From Trueperaceae bacterium (GTDB lineage: Bacteria > Deinococcota > Deinococci > Deinococcales > Trueperaceae), in contig CBDCDZ010000004.1 of NCBI GenBank assembly GCA_965215565.1, positions 2,464,001 to 2,528,000 on the forward strand: a stretch of 64,000 nt of DNA, in the 5' to 3' direction. The notes under the pieces were generated by a model. The model made no database searches, was not told where the DNA came from, and was given only the letters and a program-made list of their open reading frames with translations. This document shows positions 28,652-39,200 of this stretch, piece by piece. Numbering within the stretch: position 1 is the first letter of the stretch; every line of letters starts with the position of its first letter. Made by a program: the position numbers and the translations under genes.

Positions 28652-28812
28652 AGGAATTCAATTTTAACCGTCAGCTCGAACCTCTCAAAATACTAGATTC
28701 AACTGCGCCAAGCGCGTGTCGCCGGGGAAAACCGTTTCGTTGGGAGAGGATACTACCGAACCGTGAGACGTTTGGGTATCGAGCTGGGCGCGCGAGGGTG
28801 GCGATACAAAAC

Positions 28813-28841
28813 CAGGGCGCAACCGTGTGGTTGCGCCCTAC
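28813..28841. repeat. GTAG-type REP-like palindrome
   Basis: CAGGGCGCAACC-gtgt-GGTTGCGCCCTAC. Confidence 0.55.
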
Positions 28842-28898
28842 CTTGAACGAATTTTACTACGTGGTATTAGCTCGAGGTCACTCGGTCCCCAGTACGTA

Positions 28899-31181
28899 CT
28901 ACTCCAAGTAGTCCCTAAACTTCGCCGGATTGCCGAACTCGTCACCTTGCAAGACGTACCACATCATGCCCGAGTCGGAGACGTCGCCACGGATGTTCGC
29001 GTCGTCGATGACCTTACCAACCCAGCGCGTGCCCGCGTCACCCGAGCTTTTCATCCACGCCCACGCCTCTTCGCCCACTGAGGTGCCGAGCCCATTCGCG
29101 CCGTTCTGGTCACGAATTGCTTGAAAGTTGAGCCCAGGAAAGTCGCGCTTGATGTCGGCTAGATTGTAGATATTGTCCGCGTCGTCGTGCGTGTCGTTCC
29201 AGTTCGAATGCGAAATCATCGTGACGTGCTGGAACTTTGAGGGGTCCGCCTGAGCGACACCGCGATAGGCGACGCCGTGCGGCCCGGCGACGACGAAGCA
29301 GAGACGGTTCGTGGCGCTCGAGGCGTTGATCGCCTGCGCGATGCTGTTCACCGAGCCCGAGAGGTCGCGCTGATCGTTGTAAATCCTCGACATGTCGTAG
29401 CCGATGCGCCGCGCGGTCTCCTCGACGGACTCGATCATCTGCTGCTCCATGCTCGGGTTGTTATCGCCCAAGTGCGAGCTGTGGTCCCAGTGGGCTAGAC
29501 GTCCTTGCTGACCTCTTTCGGCGAGGAGCAGCAGGGCCAGCGCAGACGCGCCGATGTCGTCGGGGTCGTGCTGGTTGCCGTCCGAACTCCAGGCGATTCG
29601 TTTGCAGTCGTAGTCTAGCTCGGGACCGAGATTGCCGGGCTCGGGCTGTGGGTCAGGTTGTGGACTTGGTTGTGGATCAGGTGACGCCTCGCCCGCTGCG
29701 GTAGGTCTCCAGAGGCTAGCGTCGTCCCTCTGACCTGTATTCCAAGCCACCTCGCCCGCTGCGACTAGAAAGCCTCGTCCTGCCTCGACGTTGTCGAAAC
29801 GGTAACCGTTTCCTTCCTGGACGACAGTCCAGCGCTTGTCAGCGCCGTCTGGCGCAGCTTCAGCCGTCCAGCGTACATCTCCGTCGGGGCGGGTGTCGAG
29901 CGCACCTCGGCCCGGAAGTTTATTAACGATGAGGTAGCTGCCGCCACCTGCGGGGACAAACTTGAAGTAGCTGTTGTCATCGCGGCTCTCAGCCTCGAGG
30001 AAGAGACCGTTCTCGGCGTCGGTGCTTAAAAGCCCCCCTTGCTGAACGTTCTCGAGGGTGTACCACGTGTCCGTCTGCGGAAATGAACCAGGCTCGGGCG
30101 AATCGACAGGATCAGAGGGCTCGGTAGGACCTGATGGGCCGTCGGCGCAGCGGTTCCTGATGGCGTCCTCTTGGGTAACGGAGTCGTGATAGAGAACGAT
30201 GCGGTCAATCTGATGTCCGTGCGAGCGCCCCGCGAGCTGCATCGTATAGGTGCCGGGTTCGCTAAAGTCGATAGCCATCTCACTCTTCTGGTGATTTTGG
30301 TCCGCTGTTGCTCCATAGTTAAATGAACCCTTCCCATTCCCAAACACCTTGATGAAGCCACCGTAGCTGCCGCCCCCGACCGGACCGAAGCGAGCCGCGT
30401 CCGGGAAGTTGACCCAAGAGTCGTTCGCCTTGTCGCCCGCTACGTCGTCAGGTTGCCGCATCGCCCAGGTAAAGCGGTACGTTCCGACTTGTTGAATTTC
30501 GAGCGCCACATCTACTACATCCGCTGGTTGCCCATTGTTCGCCTCTTTACTGAGCCCAAGCCACGTGGCGTACGCTCCGCCGCTCGCCGCGCCATCATTC
30601 ACAACTTGCCAAGCGCCCGTCAGCGGCAGCGACTCCGCCTCTAGCGTGGTAACCGAACATCCTTCGGGCGCTGGCGAGGGTTCCGGCGTAGGCGCTGGCT
30701 CGCTGGGTTGCCCAGGATTCGGGTCAGGCTGTGCGCCTGCCTCCACCACCTCGAAGCTGAGCTTTTGCGGCGTGCCCGCCTCTCCGCCCGCATTCTCAGA
30801 CGAATAGGGCGTCGCCGTCAGCTCATAAGAGCCCAGCTCCGGCGTCCAATCCATGTAGTCGCCCGCCGTATCGCCCGCTAGGGCATATGGCGCGTCACTT
30901 TCCGTGCGCACATCCTCACCGTTGAGCGTAAAGCGCACGCTGCCCGTCAGGTCCATATTCGCGCGGATGTTGAGTTGCCGCGTCGGTAGAGCGCTTAACT
31001 CGAGCGTCGCCCCTTGCATGATCGGGTCAAAGCCCGCGATGGGCTGATCGCTTCGCGCGTCAATTAGAGTAAAGCTCGAGGCGTTCGTCGGGTCTAGCCC
31101 ATCTAGCGCAGTCTGCTGGCACGCGAGCAATCCCAGCGCGATGAGCAAAAACGCTGCGAGAGGTGTGAAAACCCTACGCAT
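28899..31181 (-). CDS. Multidomain lipoprotein with carbohydrate-binding/ricin-like modules and a C-terminal Asp-rich putative hydrolase domain
   Basis: Lipobox LLAC; Pro-rich linkers separate four domains; C-terminal IAWSSDGNQHDPDDIGA. Confidence 0.6.
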   Translation of the reverse strand: MRRVFTPLAAFLLIALGLLACQQTALDGLDPTNASSFTLIDARSDQPIAGFDPIMQGATLELSALPTRQLNIRANMDLTGSVRFTLNGEDVRTESDAPYALAGDTAGDYMDWTPELGSYELTATPYSSENAGGEAGTPQKLSFEVVEAGAQPDPNPGQPSEPAPTPEPSPAPEGCSVTTLEAESLPLTGAWQVVNDGAASGGAYATWLGLSKEANNGQPADVVDVALEIQQVGTYRFTWAMRQPDDVAGDKANDSWVNFPDAARFGPVGGGSYGGFIKVFGNGKGSFNYGATADQNHQKSEMAIDFSEPGTYTMQLAGRSHGHQIDRIVLYHDSVTQEDAIRNRCADGPSGPTEPSDPVDSPEPGSFPQTDTWYTLENVQQGGLLSTDAENGLFLEAESRDDNSYFKFVPAGGGSYLIVNKLPGRGALDTRPDGDVRWTAEAAPDGADKRWTVVQEGNGYRFDNVEAGRGFLVAAGEVAWNTGQRDDASLWRPTAAGEASPDPQPSPQPDPQPEPGNLGPELDYDCKRIAWSSDGNQHDPDDIGASALALLLLAERGQQGRLAHWDHSSHLGDNNPSMEQQMIESVEETARRIGYDMSRIYNDQRDLSGSVNSIAQAINASSATNRLCFVVAGPHGVAYRGVAQADPSKFQHVTMISHSNWNDTHDDADNIYNLADIKRDFPGLNFQAIRDQNGANGLGTSVGEEAWAWMKSSGDAGTRWVGKVIDDANIRGDVSDSGMMWYVLQGDEFGNPAKFRDYLE

Positions 31182-31584
31182 GTGCTTCCCCTTTAACGAT
31201 GACGTGATAGATGATGTTCATGATTCAACCCTCCAGAGTCGATAAGCCGCCTGCAGACGCACCAGGGCGTCACAGCGCCCGCACCTCGGCTTTCAAGTTG
31301 AGGGTAGCAGTTGCACCTCACCTCGAGAGGCGTCAAGGTGCGTTCTGTGAGGCTCACCGGGGAGGGTACTAGGCGCACGCAAAAGCGGCGTGAGCGTGAT
31401 AAAACCGGCGCTACCTCGTGCCAAACGGAACACCTCTTACTGTATAAAGCTTCGAGGCGTTCGGCTCCGACTGCGCATTGACTGGTGGGAAATACTTGGG
31501 GAGGCGCTGCTCGGCGCATAACGATGTGAGCTTTCATTAAGGACGTCGCCCGCTCCTTTTCATTCCGGCTCGGACTATAGTTTC

Positions 31585-31878
31585 TTGATCGTGACGCGAA
31601 GAGTCCTCGAGTTCACAACCAAGCTTGGCGTCGCGCTACTACACATCGTCACCGCTTACCTGTCGCTTCTACTCGGGCTTGTCTACCTCGTCCGGTGGAC
31701 GGGCGTCGCCGAAGTCGCCGCTATCGTTGCGCTCTTCATCTCGCTGCCTATCCTCATCGTCGGGATACTCAACCTGTCGTTCGACGGCTACAGGCGTATT
31801 CCGCCCCTCGGGTGGGTGGGGGTCAGCATGATGCTGGCGGCGGGTGTGTTTCTGCTTGCGCTTATTCTTGTTTTTTGA
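31585..31878 (+). CDS. Small membrane protein (about 3 TM)
   Basis: Hydrophobic ORF with a TATAGT box just upstream; start may be GTG 31591. Confidence 0.55.
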   Translation: MIVTRRVLEFTTKLGVALLHIVTAYLSLLLGLVYLVRWTGVAEVAAIVALFISLPILIVGILNLSFDGYRRIPPLGWVGVSMMLAAGVFLLALILVF

Positions 31879-31960
31879 CCTCGAGAACAACTACTTTGCT
31901 GAGACTAAACCGTTTTGCGCTCGCATCTTTTTGGGAAACGCTTTGCCCTTACGAATGCGT

Positions 31961-32674
31961 TTAATCTTGCGCCTCATGCGCCGACTTTGTAGAACGACTA
32001 GACATAAACTCAATTAGCTGCTCCATTCTTGGCTCTGGCTCAGGCTTAATATCAATGTGAGGATGATAATCCTGTTGATCTGGTCCCCAATCGAAATAGA
32101 TACCCGTGTTTGGTGTGACTAATTGCGTCGCCTGAGATTCATTTATTGCGAGATGTATACTTGCTAGTTCGATTGACTTCTTATCCCCTACAAGTCTCGC
32201 GATGACGGATAATTTGTATATACCTGCGAGAAACTTAAAGTTAGCCCCATCTTTTGGTAGCAAGAAGTGATGATTAAAGGTAACGCCCTCTTGTGGAACA
32301 AAAAGACCGCTACCTCTTTTCAAATCGTCTTTTTCACCGTACACCCATATGCTGAAGTTTTGTTTTGACTCGTTTCGCTGTAGCGATATATGAAGACTCT
32401 CGAGAACTTGACCACGCTTTGAAGTGCTATAGAGAAGGGTGCGTAAGTATATCTTATTTTCGCCTCCTTCGAATTTAGAACCATCAGGACCAAAAAATAT
32501 AACCGTTGGTTGAGTCATCACCAACTTGCCTCTACGAAAAAAGGTAAGCCACGCCGTTATTCCCGAAACGAGTAGCGCTGAACAAGAGATTGCAAAACTA
32601 AACCACAACACTGTCATCGAATTACACGCTCCACCGTCATACTGAAAGGGGCGAGCCTGAAACTCACCCCTCAA
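31961..32674 (-). CDS. Hypothetical protein with an N-terminal TM anchor, low GC
   Basis: Long ORF in visibly AT-rich DNA; start uncertain (possibly 32617). Confidence 0.65.
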   Translation of the reverse strand: MRGEFQARPFQYDGGACNSMTVLWFSFAISCSALLVSGITAWLTFFRRGKLVMTQPTVIFFGPDGSKFEGGENKIYLRTLLYSTSKRGQVLESLHISLQRNESKQNFSIWVYGEKDDLKRGSGLFVPQEGVTFNHHFLLPKDGANFKFLAGIYKLSVIARLVGDKKSIELASIHLAINESQATQLVTPNTGIYFDWGPDQQDYHPHIDIKPEPEPRMEQLIEFMSSRSTKSAHEAQD

Positions 32675-32692
32675 TCAACCCCTTCTAAACTC

Positions 32693-34126
32693 TCAAACTT
32701 CCAACAACATCCGCGCCGGACGCTCCACCGCCTCTTTCACCCGCCGCAAAAACGTCACCGCCTCACGCCCATCCACAATTCGGTGGTCATAGGTCAGCGC
32801 AATGTACATCATGGGCTTAATCACCACTTGACCGTCTTCGGCAACGGGGCGCTGCTGAATAGAGTGCATCCCTAACACGCCGGATTGGGGCGGATTGACA
32901 ATGGGTGTGGACATCAAGGAGCCGAACACGCCGCCGTTCGAGATGGTGAAGGTGCCGCCTTGCAGCTCTTCGGGTGAAATCTTGTTGTTTTGGGCGCGTT
33001 TGCCGAAGTCGCTCACCGTCTGTTCAATCTCAGCAAAGCTAAGCCGCTCGGCGTTGCGGATAATCGGCACGAGCAAGCCTTTTTTCGAGGAGACCGCCAC
33101 GCCGATGTCGTAGTAATTCTTATAGATGATGTCCGTACCCTGAATCTCGGCGTTGAGTTGCGGAAACTGCTTCAAGGCGTCAATCACCGCTTTGACGAAG
33201 AAGGACATGAAGCCTAAGCGCACGCCCTCGTAGCGCTCGGTGAAGGCTTCTTTGTACTCGTTACGGAGCGCCATCACTTCGCTCATGTCAATTTCGTTGA
33301 AGGTCGTCAAAAGAGCGGCGTTCTGCTGCGCTTCGACTAAGCGCTCGGCGATGCGGCGGCGCAGGGGGCTCATCGGCACGGCTTCCTCTTCGCGGTCGCT
33401 GCTGGAGGATGCAGGAGCCTCTCTCTCTTGCTTAGGCGCTTCTTTCTGCTGGCTCTTCTGCGTTTCTTTTTGCTGAGAGGAGCCTTGCTTGTCGCCCTGC
33501 TCACTGCCCTGCTTCTTCAAGTACTTCTGCACGTCCTCTTTTAAGAGGCGTCCACCCGGACCCGTCGCCTCGACCTGGTCGGCGCTGACGCCATTTTCTT
33601 CTAGGAGACGTTGCGCGGCGGGCATGATGCGCGGTTCGCCATCTGAATCTGACGCGGAGGTTTCTTCATCCCCTTCGTAACCGCGCTTCTCGGGCTCGCC
33701 CTTCTCCACATCTTGCTCGGGGCTGACGCCCGCCTCGCTGTCTTGGTCGGCAACTTCATCGGCTTGCGAGGACGCTTCGGTTTGCTCGCCCGAGTCCGCT
33801 TCGACCTCTTGGGTTTCGGTGTCCTCCTCTGACTCGGCTTCAGCCGCTTGCGCGTCCTCCGAACCTGCGTCCTCGCCCGCTTCAGCCCCTTCTTCTGATA
33901 TATGCGCGATGACCTCGCCGACCTCAGCGGTATCACCTTGCTGCTTTAAGACTTTGGTGAGCGTGCCGCCCACCGAGGCAGGCACTTCTAACGTTGCCTT
34001 ATCGGTCTCGACTTCGACTAGCGCTTCGTCCTTTTCAACCGTGTCACCCTCCGACTTGAGCCATTCGCCGATGAACACCTCGGTAATCGACTCGCCGACT
34101 TCGGGAACTTTGAGTTCTACTGGCAT
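32693..34126 (-). CDS. sucB: 2-oxoglutarate dehydrogenase E2 (dihydrolipoamide succinyltransferase)
   Basis: Lipoyl motif ETDKAT; E3-binding [19 protein letters not shown]. Confidence 0.97.
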   Translation of the reverse strand: MPVELKVPEVGESITEVFIGEWLKSEGDTVEKDEALVEVETDKATLEVPASVGGTLTKVLKQQGDTAEVGEVIAHISEEGAEAGEDAGSEDAQAAEAESEEDTETQEVEADSGEQTEASSQADEVADQDSEAGVSPEQDVEKGEPEKRGYEGDEETSASDSDGEPRIMPAAQRLLEENGVSADQVEATGPGGRLLKEDVQKYLKKQGSEQGDKQGSSQQKETQKSQQKEAPKQEREAPASSSSDREEEAVPMSPLRRRIAERLVEAQQNAALLTTFNEIDMSEVMALRNEYKEAFTERYEGVRLGFMSFFVKAVIDALKQFPQLNAEIQGTDIIYKNYYDIGVAVSSKKGLLVPIIRNAERLSFAEIEQTVSDFGKRAQNNKISPEELQGGTFTISNGGVFGSLMSTPIVNPPQSGVLGMHSIQQRPVAEDGQVVIKPMMYIALTYDHRIVDGREAVTFLRRVKEAVERPARMLLEV

Positions 34127-34182
34127 AATTTCTCCCTGCTACATTAAAGTGTCGTTATTGTATACCAAGAGGCGTAAATTAA

Positions 34183-34219
34183 GAGGTGTAGCGCTGCTTG
34201 TCAAGCAACGCTACACCTC
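34183..34219. repeat. GTAG-type REP-like palindrome between sucA and sucB
   Basis: GAGGTGTAGCGCTGCTTG-t-CAAGCAACGCTACACCTC. Confidence 0.55.
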
Positions 34220-34247
34220 AAGTTCATAGGGTTAGTCTTCAAATCAC

Positions 34248-37031
34248 TTAACCGCTGGCGAAAGCCTCTTTAAGAAGCTCGGCTTGCTCCAACTTATGTG
34301 CGCTCCCGGAGCCCGTCGCGGGGCTCGCCGAGGCGGGGCGCGTCACGCCCGAGAAGGGCGAGCGTCCGAAGAGGTGAGAGCCGAAACGCACGCGCAAGAA
34401 CTGCCACGCGCCCATGTTCGCGGGCTCCTCTTGCACCCAGACGACGTGGACGCCGTCGGCGTAGTGAGCGAGAGCAGCCTGTAAGTCCTCGTCGGACAAG
34501 GGGTAGAGCTGCTCAAGCCGTACGATCGCCACGTCAAAGCGCTCTAACTTCTCGCGCTCAGAGATGAGGTCATAGTAAACCTTACCCGAGCAGAGCAGCA
34601 CGCGCTGGACCTTTTGCGCGTCCACCTCGGTGTCGGGGATGACGCGCTGGAATTCGCCGTTGGCGAGTTCGTCTAGCGATGAACTCACTTGCTGGTTGCG
34701 CAAGAGGCTTTTAGGAGCCATCATCACCAGCGGCTTGCGCCAGCGGCGCAGGACTTGGCGGCGCAAGAGGTGGAAGTACTGCGCGGCGGTGGTCGGGTAC
34801 ATGACCTGCATGTTGTCCTCAGCGCAGAGCATCAGAAAGCGCTCGAGCCTAGCCGACGAGTGCTCCGGCCCTGAGCCCTCGAAGCCGTGCGGCAAGAGCA
34901 TCACTAAGCCCGAAAGCCGCCGCCACTTGTCCTCCGCCGAGGCGATGAACTGGTCGATGATGACCTGCGCGGCGTTGTTGAAGTCGCCGTATTGCGCTTC
35001 CCAGATAGTGAGGCCGTCGGGCCAGTCCAGGCTGTAACCGTATTCGAAGCCCAAAACGCCCGCCTCGGAAAGCGGTGAGTTGTAGATTTCGATGGGGGCT
35101 TGCTCGAACTCTAGGTGGCGCAGGGGCATGTAGGTGTGCCCGTCCTCTACGTCGTACAGGGCGGCGTGCCGCTGACTAAAGGTGCCGCGCACCGAGTCCT
35201 GGCCGCTCATGCGCACGCGGTAGCCTTCAGTGAGGAGGCTCGCAAAGGCTAAAAATTCCGCCGACGCCCAATCAACCGGGCGCTCGCCCTGGGCTATCTT
35301 CTCGCGGTTTTGGGTTGCCCGTTCGATCTTGGCGTGCGGGTGAAAGTCTTCGGGGAACTGGGTTTGTGAACGCAGGAGCTTGACGAGCTTGTCCTTTTCG
35401 ATGCCCGTCGGCACGTCATCCACCTCTTTGTCCTTGCCGCCGACGTAATCTTTCCACAAACCTTCGCCCGCCTGATAGTAGGGCGTGTACGAATCGCTCC
35501 GAGCGGCGGAGAGTTCGGTCTCCAAATCTTCACGGCGGCGCTCGGCAATCTCGTCTATCTCTTCTTGCGCAACCTGACCGAGCTTTAAGAGGCGCTCCGA
35601 GTAGGCCTCGCGTACGCCCTTGCGGTTACGAATCGCCTCGTACATAAGAGGTTGGGTGAAAGACGGCTCGTCGCCCTCATTGTGACCGTGTTTGCGGTAG
35701 CAGTACATGTCGATGACCACATCACGGGAGAACTCGCGGCGGAAGTCCATCGCCAAGTTGACGACTTGCGCTACCGCCTCGGGGTCTTCACCGTTGACGT
35801 GGAAGATAGGGATTTGCAACATCTTAGCGACGTCACTGGCGTAGGGCGTGCTGCGGCTGTCCTTGGGTCCGGTGGTAAAACCGAGCTGATTATTGACGAT
35901 GATGTGGAGTGACCCGCCGATGTGGTAGCCGGGCAGCTCGCTCATGTTGAGCGTCTCTTGCACGACGCCCTCACCGATAAAGGCAGCGTCACCGTGAATC
36001 ATGATCGCTAAGCCGCGCTCGCGCTCCGCGTCGCCCAGGCGGTCTTGCTTGGCGCGGACGCGCCCCATCGCGACGGGGTTCACGAACTCCAGGTGAGACG
36101 GGTTGAAGCAGAGCGAGAGGTGGACCTCTTCGCCCGTGTCCGTGACCCAGTCGCTCGAGTACCCCAGGTGATACTTCACGTCGCCGCGCCCCCGGTGCAT
36201 CTCGGGGTCTTTGTCCTCGAACTCCCGGAAAATCTGCTTGGGGCTCTTGTCCATGATGTTCGCTAAGACGTTTAAGCGTCCCCGGTGCGCCATGCCTAAG
36301 ACGATCTCTTCGACGCCTTGGGAGCCCGCTTTGTCGATGGCGAGTTCTAGGAGGGGAATTAAGCTCTCGCCCCCCTCCAGCGAAAAGCTCTTCGCGCCCA
36401 GATACTTCTTCTGGATAAACTCCTCGAAGATGACTGCGTCGGTGAGCTTAGTGAGGATGCGCGTCTGCTGGTCGTGCGTGAGGTCGAGGTGATTTTCCGA
36501 GGTCTCCATGCGCCGCTGGAGCCACTTGCGCACCTGCAAGTCGTCGATGTGCATGAACTGTGCGCCGATGGAGCGGCAGTAGGTATTTTGCAACCTTTCG
36601 ATGACTTCGCGCAAGGTGAGTGAGTCCGTGCCGGGTATCGTACCGGGGGCGAGCTTGCGGTTCATGTCCGACTCGGAGAGGTTGTAGTAAGCGGGGTCGA
36701 GTTCGGGCGGCTGCTCTTTGGGCATCCCTAAGGGGTCTACGTCCGCCATGATGTGCCCACGCACGCGGTAGTTACGCACTAAGCGTCCGACGATTTGCTG
36801 CAAAGCAGCGTCACCTTGCGTGGCGTCTTGAGCGGCAACGTGCCCGTTCATTGCACCAAAGAGGCTCTTGGGTTTGAACGAAGGGCTGAACGAGGTCTGC
36901 CCGCCATTTTTGTACCCCTCGAAGTAAGCGCGCCAGTCGGCGTCTACCGACTGGGGATCGTCTAGATAGGCTTCGTAGAGGTCTTCGACGAACGCCAAAT
37001 TAGTTGGGTTGGGTAAAGCGGTGTCGCTCAT
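34248..37031 (-). CDS. sucA: 2-oxoglutarate dehydrogenase E1
   Basis: [33 protein letters not shown] and [13 protein letters not shown] motifs. Confidence 0.97.
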   Translation of the reverse strand: MSDTALPNPTNLAFVEDLYEAYLDDPQSVDADWRAYFEGYKNGGQTSFSPSFKPKSLFGAMNGHVAAQDATQGDAALQQIVGRLVRNYRVRGHIMADVDPLGMPKEQPPELDPAYYNLSESDMNRKLAPGTIPGTDSLTLREVIERLQNTYCRSIGAQFMHIDDLQVRKWLQRRMETSENHLDLTHDQQTRILTKLTDAVIFEEFIQKKYLGAKSFSLEGGESLIPLLELAIDKAGSQGVEEIVLGMAHRGRLNVLANIMDKSPKQIFREFEDKDPEMHRGRGDVKYHLGYSSDWVTDTGEEVHLSLCFNPSHLEFVNPVAMGRVRAKQDRLGDAERERGLAIMIHGDAAFIGEGVVQETLNMSELPGYHIGGSLHIIVNNQLGFTTGPKDSRSTPYASDVAKMLQIPIFHVNGEDPEAVAQVVNLAMDFRREFSRDVVIDMYCYRKHGHNEGDEPSFTQPLMYEAIRNRKGVREAYSERLLKLGQVAQEEIDEIAERRREDLETELSAARSDSYTPYYQAGEGLWKDYVGGKDKEVDDVPTGIEKDKLVKLLRSQTQFPEDFHPHAKIERATQNREKIAQGERPVDWASAEFLAFASLLTEGYRVRMSGQDSVRGTFSQRHAALYDVEDGHTYMPLRHLEFEQAPIEIYNSPLSEAGVLGFEYGYSLDWPDGLTIWEAQYGDFNNAAQVIIDQFIASAEDKWRRLSGLVMLLPHGFEGSGPEHSSARLERFLMLCAEDNMQVMYPTTAAQYFHLLRRQVLRRWRKPLVMMAPKSLLRNQQVSSSLDELANGEFQRVIPDTEVDAQKVQRVLLCSGKVYYDLISEREKLERFDVAIVRLEQLYPLSDEDLQAALAHYADGVHVVWVQEEPANMGAWQFLRVRFGSHLFGRSPFSGVTRPASASPATGSGSAHKLEQAELLKEAFASG

Positions 37032-37338
37032 GCTGGTTCACGCATAGCAGGGTCTAGCTGCCATCCTTTTGAAGCTGCGTAGACGCCCAAAACCGCGCTT
37101 CAAACGGCTCCAGGACAATGGGCATATCTTAGCAAGATACTTACTGAAATATGAGTGTGAAAAGGTGAAATATTACACCCTGGATTCTTGAGGTTGTATG
37201 AGAGAGAATTTTGGTAAGCTCGAGTCCTTTGCATAACAAAATGACGGAATACGCAACGTGTGGTGTCCTCAGCAGTGTACAACGCACACCCTCTTATGAA
37301 CGCACACTGGGCGACGCATTTTAGGTTACCGTTGAACC

Positions 37339-37812
37339 GTGAACGAACCGAAAGAACACCTCATCGGCGTCATCTCAGATACGCACGGGCTTTTGCGCCC
37401 TGAAGCGTTAGAGGCGCTGCGTGGCGTCTCCCTCATCCTCCACGCGGGCGATGTGGGCAAACCGGAGATTTTGACGCGACTTGGAGAGGTCGCGCCTGTC
37501 AAAGCGGTGCGCGGCAACGTCGATAGAGGAGATTGGGCGCAGCAACTACCGGTGACGGAGGTTGTTGAGATTGGCGATGTGTTTTTCTACATGCTGCACA
37601 TCTTGGACGACCTGGGCCTCGACCCCGTCTCAGCAGGGTTTAAGGTCGTCGTGTTCGGACATTCGCACAAACCGTCGCAAGAGGTCAAAAAGGGCGTGCT
37701 CTACCTCAATCCGGGGAGTGCAGGGCCGAAGCGGTTTAAGTTGCCGGTGTCGTTGACGCGCGTTAAAGTGCGGGAACAAGGGGTCGAGGTGGAGGGGCTC
37801 GAGCTTGGTTAG
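37339..37812 (+). CDS. YfcE/MJ0936-like metallophosphoesterase
   Basis: ISDTHG, HAGD, VRGNVD, GHSH and NPGS motifs. Confidence 0.92.
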   Translation: MNEPKEHLIGVISDTHGLLRPEALEALRGVSLILHAGDVGKPEILTRLGEVAPVKAVRGNVDRGDWAQQLPVTEVVEIGDVFFYMLHILDDLGLDPVSAGFKVVVFGHSHKPSQEVKKGVLYLNPGSAGPKRFKLPVSLTRVKVREQGVEVEGLELG

Positions 37813-37875
37813 TTCTCAGGTCCTGAATCCTTTTCAAGCCCTCACGTGTCCCTAGAGTCAGTATCTTAAAACTTA

Positions 37876-37986
37876 TAGCAGTTCCACTTATCATTGCTAC
37901 ACTTCTCCGCAGATATCATCTTTGAAAGTGCGTGCTAGGCGATGTTCTTTTTAGTGAGAGTGTAGCTGACCAGATGATACCTGCTA
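37876..37986 (+). mobile_element. MITE-like dispersed repeat, 111-bp core copy
   Basis: TAGCAGTTCCAC...CCGCAGATATCATCT...CGTGCTAG...AGTGAGAG...ACCAGATGATACCTGCTA; abuts the hemW stop codon. Confidence 0.8.
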
Positions 37987-39126
37987 TTAGGGTTTTACGC
38001 GCTTATCTCCCTCGTAACTAAAAAACGCCTCCACGATGCGGTTGAGGTGCAAAAGTCCGGCGTCGGTGGTGCGGAGGTAGGGCGGGGCGTGCTCGAGCTG
38101 CCCCTCTTCAACCAACCTCTCGGTGAGAGGTCTGTAGTAGTTGGTGACGTCAATCCCTGACCTCTTCTCGAGCCTCACCACGTCTACCCCGCGCCGCGTG
38201 CGCAGGCCCGTCATAAGTACATCTTCGGCGTAGCTGAGCGCGTCCACCGGTAACATTTCGGGCAACTCACCGCTCAGCCAACCTTTGATCGCGCGGTTGG
38301 TGCGCCGCTCCCCAATGAGATGCGTTTTGGCCTCTTGGCTCACCGGAACAAAACTCGCGGCGGACGGCCCCAACGCGAGAAAGTGCTCGCCGCGCCAATA
38401 CACCTGGTTGTGTTTCGACTCGTGACCCGGCTTCGCGTGGCTCGAGACCTCGTAACGCTCGAGCCCGTAGAGAGATAAAATTTCGTTCGCCCGTTCGTAA
38501 TCGTCCGCCTCTTTGTCCGGGTCTACCGCGACGCCGCGCCGCGCGAAAGGCGTGTGCGGCTCGATGGTTAGATTGTAGACGCTGATATGCTGCACGCCCA
38601 TCTGCGCGAGCGTATGCAAATCTTTCGCTGCGTCTTGGTCTGGTACAGCCGTGATGAGGTCTGCGGAAACTTCGAAGCCTGCGTTCAATGCCGTCTCTAC
38701 GGCGCGCAAACCCTCTTCTGCGTTGTGCTTTCGCCCTAAAAAGAGCAGCGTAGCGTCTTGGGTGGACTGCAAGCCGATAGAAAGCCGGCTAAACCCTAGT
38801 GATTGGAACGTCTGCAACCTCTTCTCGTCAAAGGTCAGGGGGTCCGCTTCCAGGGTGGTTTCACACCTCCCCGGAAAGCCCCACGTGCTTTGAAGTGCGC
38901 GGACGACGCGCCCTAGCTCCTCGTCCGAGAGGTGCGAAGGGGTGCCGCCGCCAAAGTAGACGGTCTCGAGTTCGCTGGGAAAGTCCGCGTAAAGCGCCGA
39001 GGCTTCTCGCTCCAAACGCTCTATATACGCCGCCACCAGCCCTTCGCTGCGGCGCATCTTGTGGAAGTCGCAGTAGGGGCAGATTTTAGGGCAGAAGGGG
39101 ACGTGGAGGTAGAGCGAACGCGGCAC
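37987..39126 (-). CDS. hemW: Radical SAM heme chaperone HemW (HemN-like)
   Basis: YLHVPFCPKICPYCDF, YFGGGTPS, YEVSS and HNQVYW motifs. Confidence 0.9.
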   Translation of the reverse strand: MPRSLYLHVPFCPKICPYCDFHKMRRSEGLVAAYIERLEREASALYADFPSELETVYFGGGTPSHLSDEELGRVVRALQSTWGFPGRCETTLEADPLTFDEKRLQTFQSLGFSRLSIGLQSTQDATLLFLGRKHNAEEGLRAVETALNAGFEVSADLITAVPDQDAAKDLHTLAQMGVQHISVYNLTIEPHTPFARRGVAVDPDKEADDYERANEILSLYGLERYEVSSHAKPGHESKHNQVYWRGEHFLALGPSAASFVPVSQEAKTHLIGERRTNRAIKGWLSGELPEMLPVDALSYAEDVLMTGLRTRRGVDVVRLEKRSGIDVTNYYRPLTERLVEEGQLEHAPPYLRTTDAGLLHLNRIVEAFFSYEGDKRVKP

Positions 39127-39200
39127 CTCTTCAGCTTACGGAAAAGAACGCTAGCCGTAGCGTCGCGCCCTGACATGGACGGTGCCCTGTAAACGCGGTG

